DNA of 48,769 nucleotides, counting the filler, from Jimgerdemannia flammicorona (Eukaryota), in assembly GCA_003990765.1 (NCBI GenBank). It is 2 parts of 2 records of this genome, joined end to end, with 100 filler letters (N's around TTAATTAATTAA, not from the genome) between each part and the next. Parts side by side here need not be neighbours in the genome. Positions count along the whole stretch, not along the records: positions 24,438 to 48,769 come from RBNJ01000989.1; 1 more part is not named here. One strand, written 5' to 3'. Made by a program: the position numbers and the translations under genes. Below are positions 36,130 to 48,755 of the stretch, piece by piece; positions within the stretch are counted from its first letter, which is position 1; each line of letters opens with the position of its first letter. The notes below the pieces were generated by a model. It saw nothing but the letters and a program-made list of their open reading frames with translations, searched no databases and was not told the DNA's origin.

Positions 36130-38030
36130 AGGGTAAGGTATATTGACTATATTTTTAGTACTATATCTCTTTATCTCTTAGTCTATAGTTTGGAGGGCTA
36201 TCTATCATTATTTTCTTATAAAGAATTATAGTACTGACTCTTTGTATATCCAGATTCTCTAGATAATAGTAAGTAAGAAGAATATTCTAAACAGTTTATT
36301 AAAAGCTTTATTATTTTTTATTAAATTATATATAGTCTGGGGGCTTACTCTTTACTAAAATACTACTATTATTTTCCTAATCTCTAAAAAGAAGAAATCT
36401 AGAATTATTGATAGGTTTTACTTTATTGCTCTTATTAAAATATTTTACTAACTCTTTGAGTATTATTTAAAAGAATATATTAATAGCTAAAGTAGTTTGA
36501 TAGAAATATTTAACTATCAAAGTAACTTCTAAATATATTTCTTATCTCTCTCTCTCATATTTTGCTCTCTTATGAGATATAGACTAAGAGATGAGACTGT
36601 TATCTTCTTGACCTCTAGCAGACTTACAATAGAGTTTCTCTTAGCTTATTTTTTAGTATTTTGAGAATCAGAATACTAATATAGTCTGCTTAAATATTCT
36701 TTATAGTATTTTTAACTATTACTTATATCAGATAGTGGTTAATGATATCATAATCCTCTTAGTTTCTACTTAGTATAGTCATTTTCAGAACTTTCTTTTT
36801 TTCTTAATTGTTTAATATATTTATTAACTCTCTTATTATAACTTTCTTGATAATATTTTTAAGAAGTATAATTTCTATCTTAGACTTTCATTACTTAAAA
36901 TATTATTCTTATCTCTCACACTACTATTAAGAAGTAGAGAATAGTTAATTTTTGTAAAGATTAGTATAGTGTCAAAAATATAAAACTTAATCTTAAAAAG
37001 TATAATTATACATATTAGTTTTACTGACTATATTATACTAATTGAGAGTAAATTGTATAAATCTCTTTCTATATTATCTGAATATACTATATATTAATAA
37101 GAGGTTTGAATCTATTAATCTTATATTATAGAATATAACTAAGATAGAAAGAATCTTAGATTTCTATTATATTTATAGTTCTTTCTAGTTACTATTAGTT
37201 AAGCTATACTTTTATTAATTCTCAGTTAGAGTATGGTCTTCTCTTCTTTGAGCTTTCTGTCTAGCTACTATTATAGAACTTTAGATACATATATATGTAT
37301 TAATATAATCTAAGTTAGTCTTTAATAAGACTATAGTCTAAATTATTAGATTTTTTAATAAGTCTATAGTTAGTAGTATATTTAATCTCTGCTATATATT
37401 TTAAGCTTATCTGAACTAGTGTGATAAGTTAGATAATAATTCTATTAGTCTTTATAATAAGTATTTTATTATATATCTCTTAGTTTTATTATTGACCAGT
37501 TTCAGACTTAGACTTTTTAGCTTAATTTTCTTAACTAATACTGAGATCTTTATTCTCAAATATATAAGATCTACTCACACTACTTTTTTCTTTAGTTATT
37601 TTTTCAGAAATAGCTATTGTTAAAATAAGTCTTTTCTTTTCATAACTTAGTTTAGTATATGATCTTTTAACTGCTTATAGTTTAAAGAGCTAACTGAGTC
37701 TTATTCTTTTCTCTCATTCTTAACTTATTTAGTACTATAGCTATTTTGGTCAACTTTATATCTGCTTTTATTAATATTAGTTCTACTATAGCTATCTTTA
37801 AAGATATAGTCTTCTTGATAATTTATATCTTATATTTAAAGAGAATTCTGATTATATATAACAATTTCACAGTTATATTTTACTTTAGTATATTTTCACA
37901 TCTTTTAGCTATATTCTGATACCTTCTACTTACTTAGAAATCTCCTCTTGGTATCTAGATACTACTAAAACATTCTTATCTTTTCTTAGTATCAAGTATC
38001 TTATCTTAGCTAGTTATAGAACTTTTTAGA
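36130..38030. other. AT-rich decayed transposon relic
   Basis: Abrupt loss of CpG and GC at about 36130; no ORFs; family not identifiable. Confidence 0.5.
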
Positions 38031-38034
38031 ATAT

Positions 38035-38287
38035 TGTAGAACCATATTAGTCAACTTTGCCAAGAATCTATTTCTTAGCATTTCTCTTTCTTTTCAAGAT
38101 CCTTCTAGATCTTTCTTTTAGATCATATATAAATATCCTTATTCTCTATCTAAATAAAGCTCAGAATATTTTCTCTTAGAAATCCTTTGAGAATACTTAA
38201 ACCTTTAAGTATCTCTTTAAGCTACTTTAGACCAACTAGAACTTCCAGATTTAGCTGCTTCCTTTTAAAGAAACTAGAATCATTATA
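38035..38287 (+). repeat. Possible decayed 5' LTR of Gypsy-2
   Basis: TGTAG...TTATA termini (possibly decayed CTACA), internal TATATAAA and AATAAA, then a decayed PBS-like tgataacagcag and gag. No partner LTR in the window. Confidence 0.35.
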
Positions 38288-39354
38288 CTTGATAACAGCA
38301 GTGTTATTATATCTTACTCTATTAAGAAATCTTATAAAAATTCAGAAACCAGTCACAACTAGTCATATAAACTCAAAATGAGCCACAAAGAGTCAGCCTA
38401 CTAGCCAGACCTCTCTACTATAAGAGAAGTAGAAAAACTACAAGTCAGTATAGAAGATATGATCATCTCTATAGTCCACTAAATCTAAGTACTTAAAGTA
38501 TAACAAGATTAGCAGAAAACAAAAACTGCAAGTATATTATATTCTATAGCCACACTAGTTAGTTTTAAGCCACTTAAGTTAGATATCTTTGATAGTCACC
38601 AAGAAGGACTATCTATAGATGTATGGACCTTCTAATTAAACTAATATATACTTCAAGCTCATAAGAATAAAAAAAAATATACAAGTCCAATTTACTGCTA
38701 TACTTCTTTGAGGAAATATAGTTATTTTATAGTATAATTATATTATAACTACATCTATATACTCAAATATATAAATCAAAGATTGGGAAATTTTCAAGAG
38801 AGCTCTTCATAAGTAGTTCAAGCCTACTAATGCTACCAAGCTAGCCAGGGACAAGCTGGCAAACATCAAGCAACTCAAGTCTATACAAAGCTATAATATA
38901 TAATTTCTGTTAATTTTACTCAAACTATCAGCAATAGCTGAGGATGAAAAGATAGACCACTATGTCTGAGATCTGAAGAGAAACACATGAGTCAAGGTTG
39001 AGCTAGAAGAGCTACAAAGTCTTGATGAAACTATAAGAATTACCAATAGGTTTGATGTTATCACTTTTGGTAACTGCTTTAAACTAGAATACTATAAGAA
39101 GAACTACTTTGAGAACTGTCACAAAAACCAACTAAGGATAGTTGGCTCAGCACTAATGGATTTGGACACTATGAATAAAAAGAGCACCAAGCTTACTCCT
39201 GAAGAAAAGAACTATCTGAAGAAATCTGAAGTCTGTTTCTTTTATTACCAAATAGAATATATTACAACCAAATATCCTGAGAAGACTAGTAAATCTTTAA
39301 GATCAGTTACCATATTGTCCAAAGACACACCTGTCAATCCTACTATCAGTCAAC

Positions 39355-39757
39355 CCAAGCTCAAGATTAAGAAGCTTCACCCCTCAATATTAAACAAAAG
39401 AAGTCATTAGTCTTAATCTACATTCTGTCAAACAAGTCACCATTCTAGCCAAGGGCCAAACTCTGGTACCTACTGGAATTGCAGTCCAATGTCCTGAAGG
39501 ATATTATACTAGAATTATACTGTAATCAAGACTCAGTATCAAAAATTATTTAGATGTAGGTGCTAGTATCATTGACCTAGACTTTCAAGAACAAGTTCAA
39601 GTCATACTTATCAACCAGAAGGATCAAGATTATATAGTTAAGAAAGAAGATCAAGTTGTGTAAATGATCCTAGAAAAAGCCAGTTAACTCAAGATTATAA
39701 AAGTTCAAGAACTCTTCAAAATCAAATGAGACTAAAAAGGTTTTGGCAGCATCAACT
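39355..39757 (+). pseudogene. dUTPase domain of Gypsy-2 (between gag and protease)
   Basis: Decayed translation LKIKKLHP...LNLHS...LVPTGIAVQCPEGYYTRI...SRL...DVGASIIDLDFQEQVQVILIN...KGFGS. Confidence 0.85.
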
Positions 39758-42700
39758 AAGTAGTAAGTCTTACTGAAAATTGAGCTCAAGCTATACTCAT
39801 TTTCAAAGACCTAGTCAAAGAAAAAGAAGTTTAAGTACTTATAGACAGTGGAGCTATAGGGAACTTTATCAATTAAAACCTCATCAAAAGTCTCAAGATC
39901 TTCACTAAGTCTGTACTCAAGAATAATAGTATACATAGTTACAATAGATAGTACACTATACTCCATTAAGTCAATTGCCACCAAACTATCTATCAAGATC
40001 TAGAAATATTGAGAATGAGTAGACCTCAAGGTTATATTACTAAGAGATCATAACCTGATCCTAGGAAAACTCTAACTTATGAAACACAACTTAGATATTG
40101 ATTGGTACAAGAATAAAGTCATCTTACTTTTAGATAGAGTCAACATTACTATCAAGATAGACAAGATCACAAGTAAGATCCAAATTGCAATACTATCAGC
40201 CATATAGTATAAGAGAGCACTCAAGAAGATAATATATATCTTTATTATAATAGTCCATTTTAAGAAATAAGACAAGAAACTATCAATTAATAAAAGCATC
40301 AAGTTACTACTAGAAGAATTCAAGAATATCTTTCCAGACAAGCTATCTGGCCTACTGCCTATATAAGAAGTTGATCATGAAATTAAACTGACCCCAAGAG
40401 CTATACTATCTAAGAAATATATACTGCATATCACTACTTGAAATTGAAACAGTCAAGAAGGAACTAGAAGAACTACTTGCATGAGGAGCTATTCAGTCAA
40501 GCAAATCTCCTTATAGCTCATCAGTCTTATTTGTTAAGAAGAAGGATGGTACTCTGTGAATATGTATAGATTATTATATACTCAACAAGCTCACTATCAA
40601 GAACCACTATCTGCTACTCTTGATTGATCAAATCTTTTACTCTTAAGAATACTAAGTACTTTACTAAGTTGAATCTCATATCAGGATACTACTAGATCTA
40701 AATCAAGTCAGAAGATATTCTCAAAACTATATTCATGACCTCCTTTGGACTCTATGAATTCCTGGTCTTAGCATTTGATCTTATCAATATACCTACCATA
40801 TTTCAGATCTTGATGAACAAGATATTTAAGAATCAACTATTTATTTTTTTATTAGTATATCTTGATAACATTCTGATCTTTAGTATAACTAAAGAAGAAT
40901 ATCTTAAATATATTCAAATAGTCCTGGAGATTCTGTAAAAATACAAGCTTTATGTTAAGCTTAAGAAGTGTGAATTCTTCAAGAAATAAGTTGAATATCT
41001 TGGCCACATTATCTCTATATAAGGAATTCAAGTAAATCTACACAAGATAGAGATAATTCAAGAATAGCCTATTCTATCAAACCTCATAGAACTCTGATCC
41101 TTCCTTGGTCTAGCTGGCTACTACTGTCACTTTGTCAGAAACTCTCTGGTATTGCTGAGCTATTGACTAATCTCATGAGGAAGGCTCTGCACTCAGATCA
41201 CTATATACTCTATATCTGAGACCTCTTCTGTCAATAAGCTTTCCAAAAACTCAAAAACTGCCTGACCTATATCCCAGTCTTACATAATGTAGATTAAAGT
41301 CTAAAATTTACAGTCACTACTAATATATTGAATTTTGTCAATAGAGCAGTCTTATTATAAGATGATGGCAAAGAATATTACCCTATTGCTTTCAAGTCCT
41401 ATAAGTTGACTCCAGCTGAACAAAAGCTAGTCATCTATGAGAGAAAACTACTAGCAATAATATATATACTAGACTACTAGTAATACTATCTAGAAGATAT
41501 TAAGTTTAATATCATTACTAACTATCAATCTCTCAAGTACATCAATATCCAATCTACTCTGTTATATCTATAAGCTAAGTAGAGCCTCAAGCTTCAAACC
41601 TTCAATCCAATGATAATCTATAAGTCTAGAAAGATACATATAGTTCCAGATGCCTTATTAAGACACCCAGATCTGACCACAATTATGCAAGTCATCTTGG
41701 CATCAGAATTCCTAGACCAAATCAGACAAGCTTACAAAGATGATATAGTTACTACTAGAGTTTTCTTAAATGAGCTTAAGGATATATATACTGTTGGAAA
41801 CAATCTGATCTATCATCAAGACCAAGTCTATCTACCTAAAAACATGAACCTACATTACAAGATTTTGCAAAAATACCATGACTCCTCTCTTACCAGTTAT
41901 CTTGAAATTGAGAAGACTATCAAGAATATCCAATACTACTATTATTGACTAAGTATAGTCAAGGAAATCAACACCCCTTTCTCCACTCTCTTACCAGTTA
42001 CAATGGTTTGGTAGGTAATCTTCTAAGACCACTTTTCACAATTATTACCCCTTCTACCTCAAGTTGGTTTGCTATACCTATTGCAGAGCAGTGGAAGGGA
42101 GGCAATGGTGATGAGTTGCCTCTTTATTGGTGTCAGATTGGTGTATTCTCTACTTTTTCATGGTTTCTGGTACCTTCAGCTACATCTGAAGTATATCTGT
42201 TTTGGTGTGGTGCCTTCTTCCTTTTGCTGTCACCAATAAGGTACTGTCTTGGTGTGTCTCAGGCTATGTAGGGAGTCAGCTGACCTTGGGTAAGTGCTCA
42301 GTGTAGATTATCTGCAGGTCCTTGGTGTTTGTGGTGGGACCCTCTGGCTTTGGTGAGCTTCTCAGTGAGCATGGTTCTGGTGTAGGTGACTGCTTTTCAA
42401 GTATTGTTAGGATAGAAGGAGAGATGACTGTCATAGATAGGAAGAAGGGCAATAATAGTGAACCAGTAGAGTGCCAGGCTGGGGGCGGTCATCAGGGCTG
42501 AGGCAGATACTGCTTCAGTGAGGCCTTTTGATTAGTATAGCATGGTTAGGTAGTAGGTGTCACTTTTGGCTTCTTTTGGCAATTTGGCAGATTGGGCCCC
42601 AGTCATCAGAGGGGGTTGGGGGGCCTGAGGCTATCCATTTCAGGTGTCTTGGCTGCACTCAACTGGAACTGGAAGCTGATATAGCAATGTAATTGAGATC

Positions 42701-43133
42701 TGCAGGCTTAAGTAGTGGGATATTGATAGTCTCCTCCTATCTCATTTATAAGTCCTTTACTCACCTCAACTAAGAGAACTAGGTCCTATCTACTGTGTTG
42801 TACTTTGATGAGGGTTTTTTCTTTGCTTGTCATTCTCTTTGGGGTGGCAGGGGCTATTCTATTTGGCTCAGGCATGACCTTATATATACATTAGATTCTT
42901 GAGCACGTGCTTTTGGTTGTTGGTATATGGCTGGGTTTCCCCTGGTGGTAGAGAGAGCATAGTATACAGAATGAGGTACAGGCCAATATAGGCCCTGTTG
43001 CACCTGGCATAGTTGAGCTGCTGGACAATAGCTAGCCTAGGTTAATAGAGGGGCAGTGCTTGATGGGTGGTGGGGGAGGGTTTTGGCCTATATAGTCTAG
43101 GTTCCCTTTTAATAAAAATCTGTGGGACATTGA

Positions 43134-43458
43134 ATATAGTTGTGAATGTAGTTCAAAATACAGCAAAGTGGCCATTGTGCTTAATACTTGTGCATCTAAC
43201 ATTCATCACGCAATGCAACTACTATCTTAGATTAGTCAGTTTCAATCGCTTCCTGCACCCTACCATGTGCTTAAACATTCATGCAACATAATCATGCAAT
43301 CTACCATCTTAGCTTAGTCAGTTTCAATCACTTTCTGCACCCTATCTTAGCTAGCCCAAGCTCCAACCATATGCCCAAGAGTTAGGCAGTGGTCATACAT
43401 TTCTCTCAATATACTCTAGCAATCATCATTAGTAATTCGTATCAATCGATTTTATGCA
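43134..43458 (+). repeat. Ngaro repeat A1 (325 bp)
   Basis: Direct repeat of A2 at 47588-47912. Confidence 0.9.
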
Positions 43459-43476
43459 ATATCTCTCAGATACATC

Positions 43477-44750
43477 ATGCCACCTATCCGTTGGTCTCAA
43501 GGCCTACTGTCTGGTCCCCCAGTTCCAGCACCTGGTGCCCCACATGCGCCCCTATCAATTCCCAACTTAACTGGCCTATGTACATTGTGCAAAGACCAGC
43601 TCATCACACTCTGCCGCAAACACGACCTCTCCATAGACAGTCAAAAGGCCACCCTAGTTACATGTCTCGATACTCATCGACCTGGCCCCGATTTCCCAGT
43701 CGCCGAACCTATGGTGCTGGCTCCAGCACTGCTTCCTGATGGTCATAAAGTCGATGCATTGATTGAACAGCTACTTCCAGCACTCGCGGCATGTCTCCAC
43801 GGACCTTTAGCCAATACCAACCCCCCTCCAGTCCTACCACCCAGCTTACTGCCAGCACTCCCTCTTCCAGCCACCTTCACCTCTCTGGCAGTTCTCTCAC
43901 TTTTACCACAGCCAACCCCATTGGCACCCTTATCAATATGGTTTTCAAACCCTTTAAATGGTGAGTTATCTAATCCCCCATTCATCTCGGACACCATTCT
44001 ATGTCACGATTGGGTTCCATCGGAGCTGCTGACCTCACTTGAGGCAGGGGAATACCAAATACTGGCCAAATGGACAGGCAATGCCTTGCTATCGCATCCG
44101 AGCAATCGGCGAAAACCTGATTTACATCCACCAGACCATGATCTCGACCTACCACTCTGGCTTGAAGCCATCTTCAATATTCAGGGTGCATTGCTGTCTC
44201 TGGGCACTACTTAGGCTACCCCCTACACTGTACATACTGCACAGCTACTTACACATATCATCTTTATCATCAAGGCCATCAACGACTGTTATAACTGGGC
44301 TGTCCTTCAGCAGTTTGACTGGCAAGTTCGCACACTTAAAGCATCCTTTCCAGAGCTGGATATTGGCAACCCAGATGCTGTCCGGCGCACGTTTGAAACC
44401 ATCGTCAGCCAGCCAGCATCAGCACCACTTGCCTACCAACCAATATGTCGGCCCATACAGGCAATGGGCTCCTCAACAGGAAGTTCCAGAACGACCTCAT
44501 CATGCCCCCTTTTATGCTTTCAGTGTGGGGTGCAGGGGCATGCATTGACCTCTTGCACCCAAACCCCTCTCACATGACCTACATTCCCTATCAAACTAGA
44601 TGATACTCTCTCCTCGGACAGTGCAGCCAGTTCTATCTGTCACAACTACAATGGCTCCAGCTGCCGCAGCAATTGTGACCACCCCCATGTCTGCTTGTTC
44701 TGCTATGACTCTCACCCAGGCACAGAGTGCTCTATTCGCCATGGCTAATC
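43477..44750 (+). pseudogene. Ngaro gag-like ORF1 (SAP-like N-terminus, C-terminal zinc fingers)
   Basis: LCKDQLITLCRKHDLSIDSQKATLVTCL; CFQCGVQGHALTSC; CHNYNGSSCRSNCDHPHVCLFCYDSHPGTEC; internal stops. Confidence 0.8.
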
Positions 44751-46355
44751 TCATGACCCCACCCCCGTCTGACCCCCCAGCATGTCCATACCACCTTGGG
44801 GAGTGGCAATGAGCACTTCACACCCATCCAGACCAACTTCTCGTTCAGTACCACTTAACAGGCCTACATCAGGGTTACCTTCATGGCAATCACTCCCATC
44901 CTGAGCTTCATATCAACTATATATCTGACAATCTGGTATCAGCTTACCAACATTGCAACATCCTTTCTGCCAACATTCTTGCCGAACTTCAAGCTGGTTG
45001 CTACTTAGGACCCTTTTCATCTCCCTCTGTATTACCAACTGAGTTTCATCTCTTTCACAATGCTTCCCTAGGAGTTGTCCCAAAAAAGAACTCTACCAAA
45101 CTTCGCACCATTCAACATCTGTCCTTCCTGGAGGGAGCCTCTGTAAATGATGGCATCAACCCAGAGGAGTTTTCAATTCAGTACCAGTCAATCCAGTCCA
45201 TCCTCCAGCTACTCCTTGCACTTGGTGCCACAGCTCTATTTTGGAAGGCAGATGTTGCTGAAGTCTTTCGTATGATCTCCATCCACCAGTCTGACTGGGC
45301 TATACAAGGCATCTGCTGGCTTGGCCTTTTCTTCCTTGACATGTTCCTTCCATTCGGCCTTCGCTCAGCACCATTCATATTCATATCTCTGATGGATTTG
45401 TTCACATGGATTTGCATTCAGCAGTATAACCTTCCCAATTTGGGCCACTTTGTGGATGACTTTATCTATGTCGCATCACCCTCTACCACTCAGTCTACAT
45501 ACTTGCAGTTTCACTCGGTCACTGCTTGCTTTGGTCTTCCCCTCAAAGCAGCCAAGGATATACCTCCCACACCAACTATTGAGTACGTGGGCTTTCTCCT
45601 CGATGCCCCCAACATGACAATCAGTCTCCTACTTGAAAAATGTACATGCATCCTCTCTCTGCTCGCAGACTGGCTCGTAATACCTCATCAGGCTTGTCGG
45701 CCATGTCCTCGATCTTACCACGATGCTCATTCACTACTGGGTCATCTCATGCATGTTGTCCAAGTCCTTCCAGATGGGAAAGTATTCTGTGATTCCATCA
45801 TTCATTTCATCTCTGCATGGAAACCACCCTATGCTGGGCGGCATCATCTATCTTCTCGCCTGGCCACTGATCTTCAATGGTGGCAGGATATCTTATACTC
45901 ATGGACAGGTCATCGCCTGCTTTTCCACTCTGATTGGCAGGATTGTAGTCTATTCACAGATGCATCCGGAACAATTGGCGCCAGCGGTCTTCTGGGCCAA
46001 TGCTGGTAGAGTATTCAGTGGGCCTCTTCATTCAGCAACCAGAAGGGATATGACATTTTCTAGAAGGAAATGTTTGCCATCTGGGTTTCGCTTACATTGT
46101 GGGGTTCCTCCTTTCATCGTCAGCATATCATCTTATGGTGCGATAGCCAACCCTGTGTTGAATTACTAACCAGTGGTCAGGCATGGCACCACCCTCTTGT
46201 CAACGATCTTTTATGATGCATTACCCTCTTATGTCTCAACAGAGGGTTTGACATCCAAGCTCGGTATATTCCTTCCTCATCTAACCCTGCCGACTCCCTA
46301 TCTTGTCTTATCTATCTCCCCTCCCATCCCCAGGAACTGCTTCCTACAACTGTAA
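44741..46355 (+). pseudogene. Ngaro RT/RNase H ORF
   Basis: LGVVPKK...RTIQHLS...SVNDGI; FWKAD; LPFGLRSAPFIF; HFVDDF; DLQWW; LFTDASG; internal stops. Confidence 0.9.
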
Positions 46356-46399
46356 CATCCCCCTTTGGCTTTGTCATCAACTCGAGTCCTGTCTCTACC

Positions 46400-47412
46400 A
46401 ACACTCTCACACCCACACTGGTGCCCTTCAACCTGGCACCAACTCCTTCTACCACTTCCTAGGCTGCTTTGGCATTGATGATACCACTGCCTTTCCTCTT
46501 CATGACGACCTCCTCAGCTACTGGGCCCTATGGCTGGCCAATGATTAAAAGCTATATACCACCATCAAGAACTATTTCTATGACATCGCCGCTCATCAAC
46601 TGGCCCACTGGCGAGGCCCCCCTCTCTACCACACATTCTTACCCCTGTTCAACATGGTATCGAAATCCATTCAGCGCCACCCACTCCCCTCACACTCACT
46701 GGAATGCCTTCCTATTACTCACCAACACTTGCAGCTTATTCATGCTACTCTCCCCCTTACTATACCTCATGGCGCCACCATATAGGTGGCTATGTATACA
46801 GCCTTTTATGGCCTCATGCGAATTGGTAAGCTGACATCTCCTGACCATCTACCATTCGACTTACACTGGCAGGCATACAGACACTACCTTCGACGGCACT
46901 GGGACCCTACACTTTCCTGGCCCTTTTGGTCTCTATACCTCTCTCGCACCAAAACTGGTACCTCAGGTGATATATTTCTGGGGTTTTCAGGTGCCTTCGA
47001 TTGCCCCTATTCTGTGATTGACAATATGATCCACCTCTGCCCTGCCCGTCCTGAGGACCCTGTCTTCTCCTTCAGTCCCACTCAACCCCTCTCTTGCTCA
47101 ATATTCATCGAGGCCATTTGGGCCCCTTTAAGAGACACTCCACTAGCCACTGGAATTCATGGTCATTCCTTCCGCATCGGTGGCACTACTCTTCTTGCAG
47201 TGGTGGGATATCCGGATCACATCATTCAACTGGCTGGTCAGTGGAAGTCTATGGCCTTTCTGTGTTACATCTGGCAACTCGACCAGATTCTACCTCAGAC
47301 GACAGTCACCTTGGCCGCACTTCCTCTACTCGACTACCAGTGGGCCATGGGTTTGGCGGGTGGTGGCCAAAAGGTGCCCACAAGTGGTCAGCAGCACCAG
47401 CATTATATTTAG
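46400..47412 (+). pseudogene. Ngaro tyrosine recombinase ORF
   Basis: AFYGLMRIG, RTKT, HGHSFRIGG, LAGQWKSMAFLCY. The N-terminal part is broken by stops and the start is approximate. Confidence 0.9.
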
Positions 47413-47447
47413 GAGCCTTGCCTACTTTCCAGGCCCACAGTTCTTTG

Positions 47448-48095
47448 GCCTCTTCACATACGAATGCGATTGGTGGACCTTCAGAAGCATATGCTTCCTT
47501 TGAGCCAAACCCATGTCCCACATTAGATTCATTTTATATAAAACACTATTCATCTTATGTTAGCCTCCTCATGCATGGGACACTTTGATATAGTTGTGAA
47601 CGTAGTTCAAAATGCAGCAAAGTGGCTATTGTACTTAACACTTGTGTGTCTAACATTCATCGTGCAATGCAACTACCATCTTAAATTAGTCAGTTTCAAT
47701 TGCTTCCTGCACCCTACCATGCGCTTAAACATTTATGCAATATAATCATGCAATCCACCATCTTAGCTTAGTCAGTTTCAATCGCTTTCTGCACCCTACC
47801 TTAGCTAGCCTGAGCTCCAACCGCATGCCCAAGAGTTAGGCAGCAGCCACACATTTCCCTCAACATACTCTAGCAATCGTCATTAGTAATTCATATCAAT
47901 CAATTTCATGCACCCCTCCCACCCATCTCTCTTTGGAACAATAAATGTGTGCCTAGCCTCTTCGCATACGAATGCGATTGGCAAGCCTTCAGAAGCATAT
48001 GCTTCCTTTGAGCCAAACCCATGTCCCACATTAGATTCATTTTATATAGAACACTATTCATCTCACGTTAGCCTCCTCATGCGTGGGACACTTTG
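47448..48095 (+). repeat. Ngaro 3' repeats B1 (47448-47587), A2 (47588-47912) and B2 (47956-48095)
   Basis: B1 and B2 are 140-bp direct repeats; A2 repeats A1. Confidence 0.9.
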
Positions 48096-48098
48096 GTC

Positions 48099-48141
<43 letters not shown>

Positions 48142-48619
48142 AAGAAAATTAAGAACTATATTGCTAGCTGCAATATATATCAGTACAACAAGTCTACTAA
48201 CTAAGTACTAGCTAGTTTGTTACAACTACTGCAAATTTCTACTAAGAAATTTGAGTAAGTTATAATAGACTTTGTAACTCAACTATAATAAACTCAATCT
48301 GGTGCTAATGCTATTATTATATTCATTGACTGCTTAACTAAAATTATGGTTGCTGAACTAACCACTATCAATGCTATTATACCTGAGATTGTAAGAATCT
48401 TCTTCAAGTCCATCTTTTGTCACTATAGCTTGTCATGAGTAATTATTAATAATTGTGACTCCAAGTTTACTAGTTACTTCTAGTAAACTCTCTTTAAGAC
48501 TCTGGGAACCCAATTGGCTATATCTACTATCTTCTACTTACAAACTGATAGAAAAACTGAGCACATGAACAGAACTCTAGAATAGATGCTTAGAAACTAT
48601 TTTCTTATGAGTAAGATGA

Positions 48620-48755
48620 TTTTTTTTTTTTTTTTTTTTTTATAGTCACTCGGACTGCCCTTTATTACCGATCTATTCTATATAATTACAGCAATCCCAC
48701 CCCCTATCCAATCCCCCTAGGGGGGCCCTCCCCCCCTACCCCTTCCCTGTGAAAG
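48620..48755 (-). mobile_element. 3' end and poly(A) tail of another LINE related to the element at 1-5770
   Basis: A T22 run then atagtcact...ctttattacc...ggggggccc, collinear with bases 1-115. It interrupts the Gypsy-2 integrase. Confidence 0.85.

Larger units (their letters stand above)
43134..48095 (+). mobile_element. Ngaro-type (DIRS order) tyrosine-recombinase retrotransposon, complete but disrupted
   Basis: Split direct repeats A1...B1-A2-B2 around gag, RT/RNase H and YR ORFs. Confidence 0.93.
41972..48137 (+). mobile_element. 5'-truncated poly(A) retroelement (probably LINE 3' end, body about 41972-43133 plus 48096-48137), itself split by the Ngaro element
   Basis: 15-bp TSD agtcaaggaaatcaa (41957-41971) and agtcaagaaaattaa (48138-48152). 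AATAAA at 43111 and a poly(A) run from 48103. G-rich body with a weak FW...CLGC zf-RVT-like trace. Confidence 0.75.
38035..48619 (+). mobile_element. Second Ty3/Gypsy element, heavily decayed, dUTPase upstream of protease, split by nested insertions
   Basis: Gag remnants (about 38380-39300, MDLD motif); dUTPase; protease VLIDSGA at about 39835; RT SPYSS.VLFVKKKDG and YLDNILI; RNase H; H2C2 region split at 41971/48153; integrase core to 48619. Confidence 0.88.

Noticed and set aside
36126..36160. TA-CAGGGT as a Tc1/mariner terminal repeat
   Set aside because: No matching inverted end or recognisable transposase was found.
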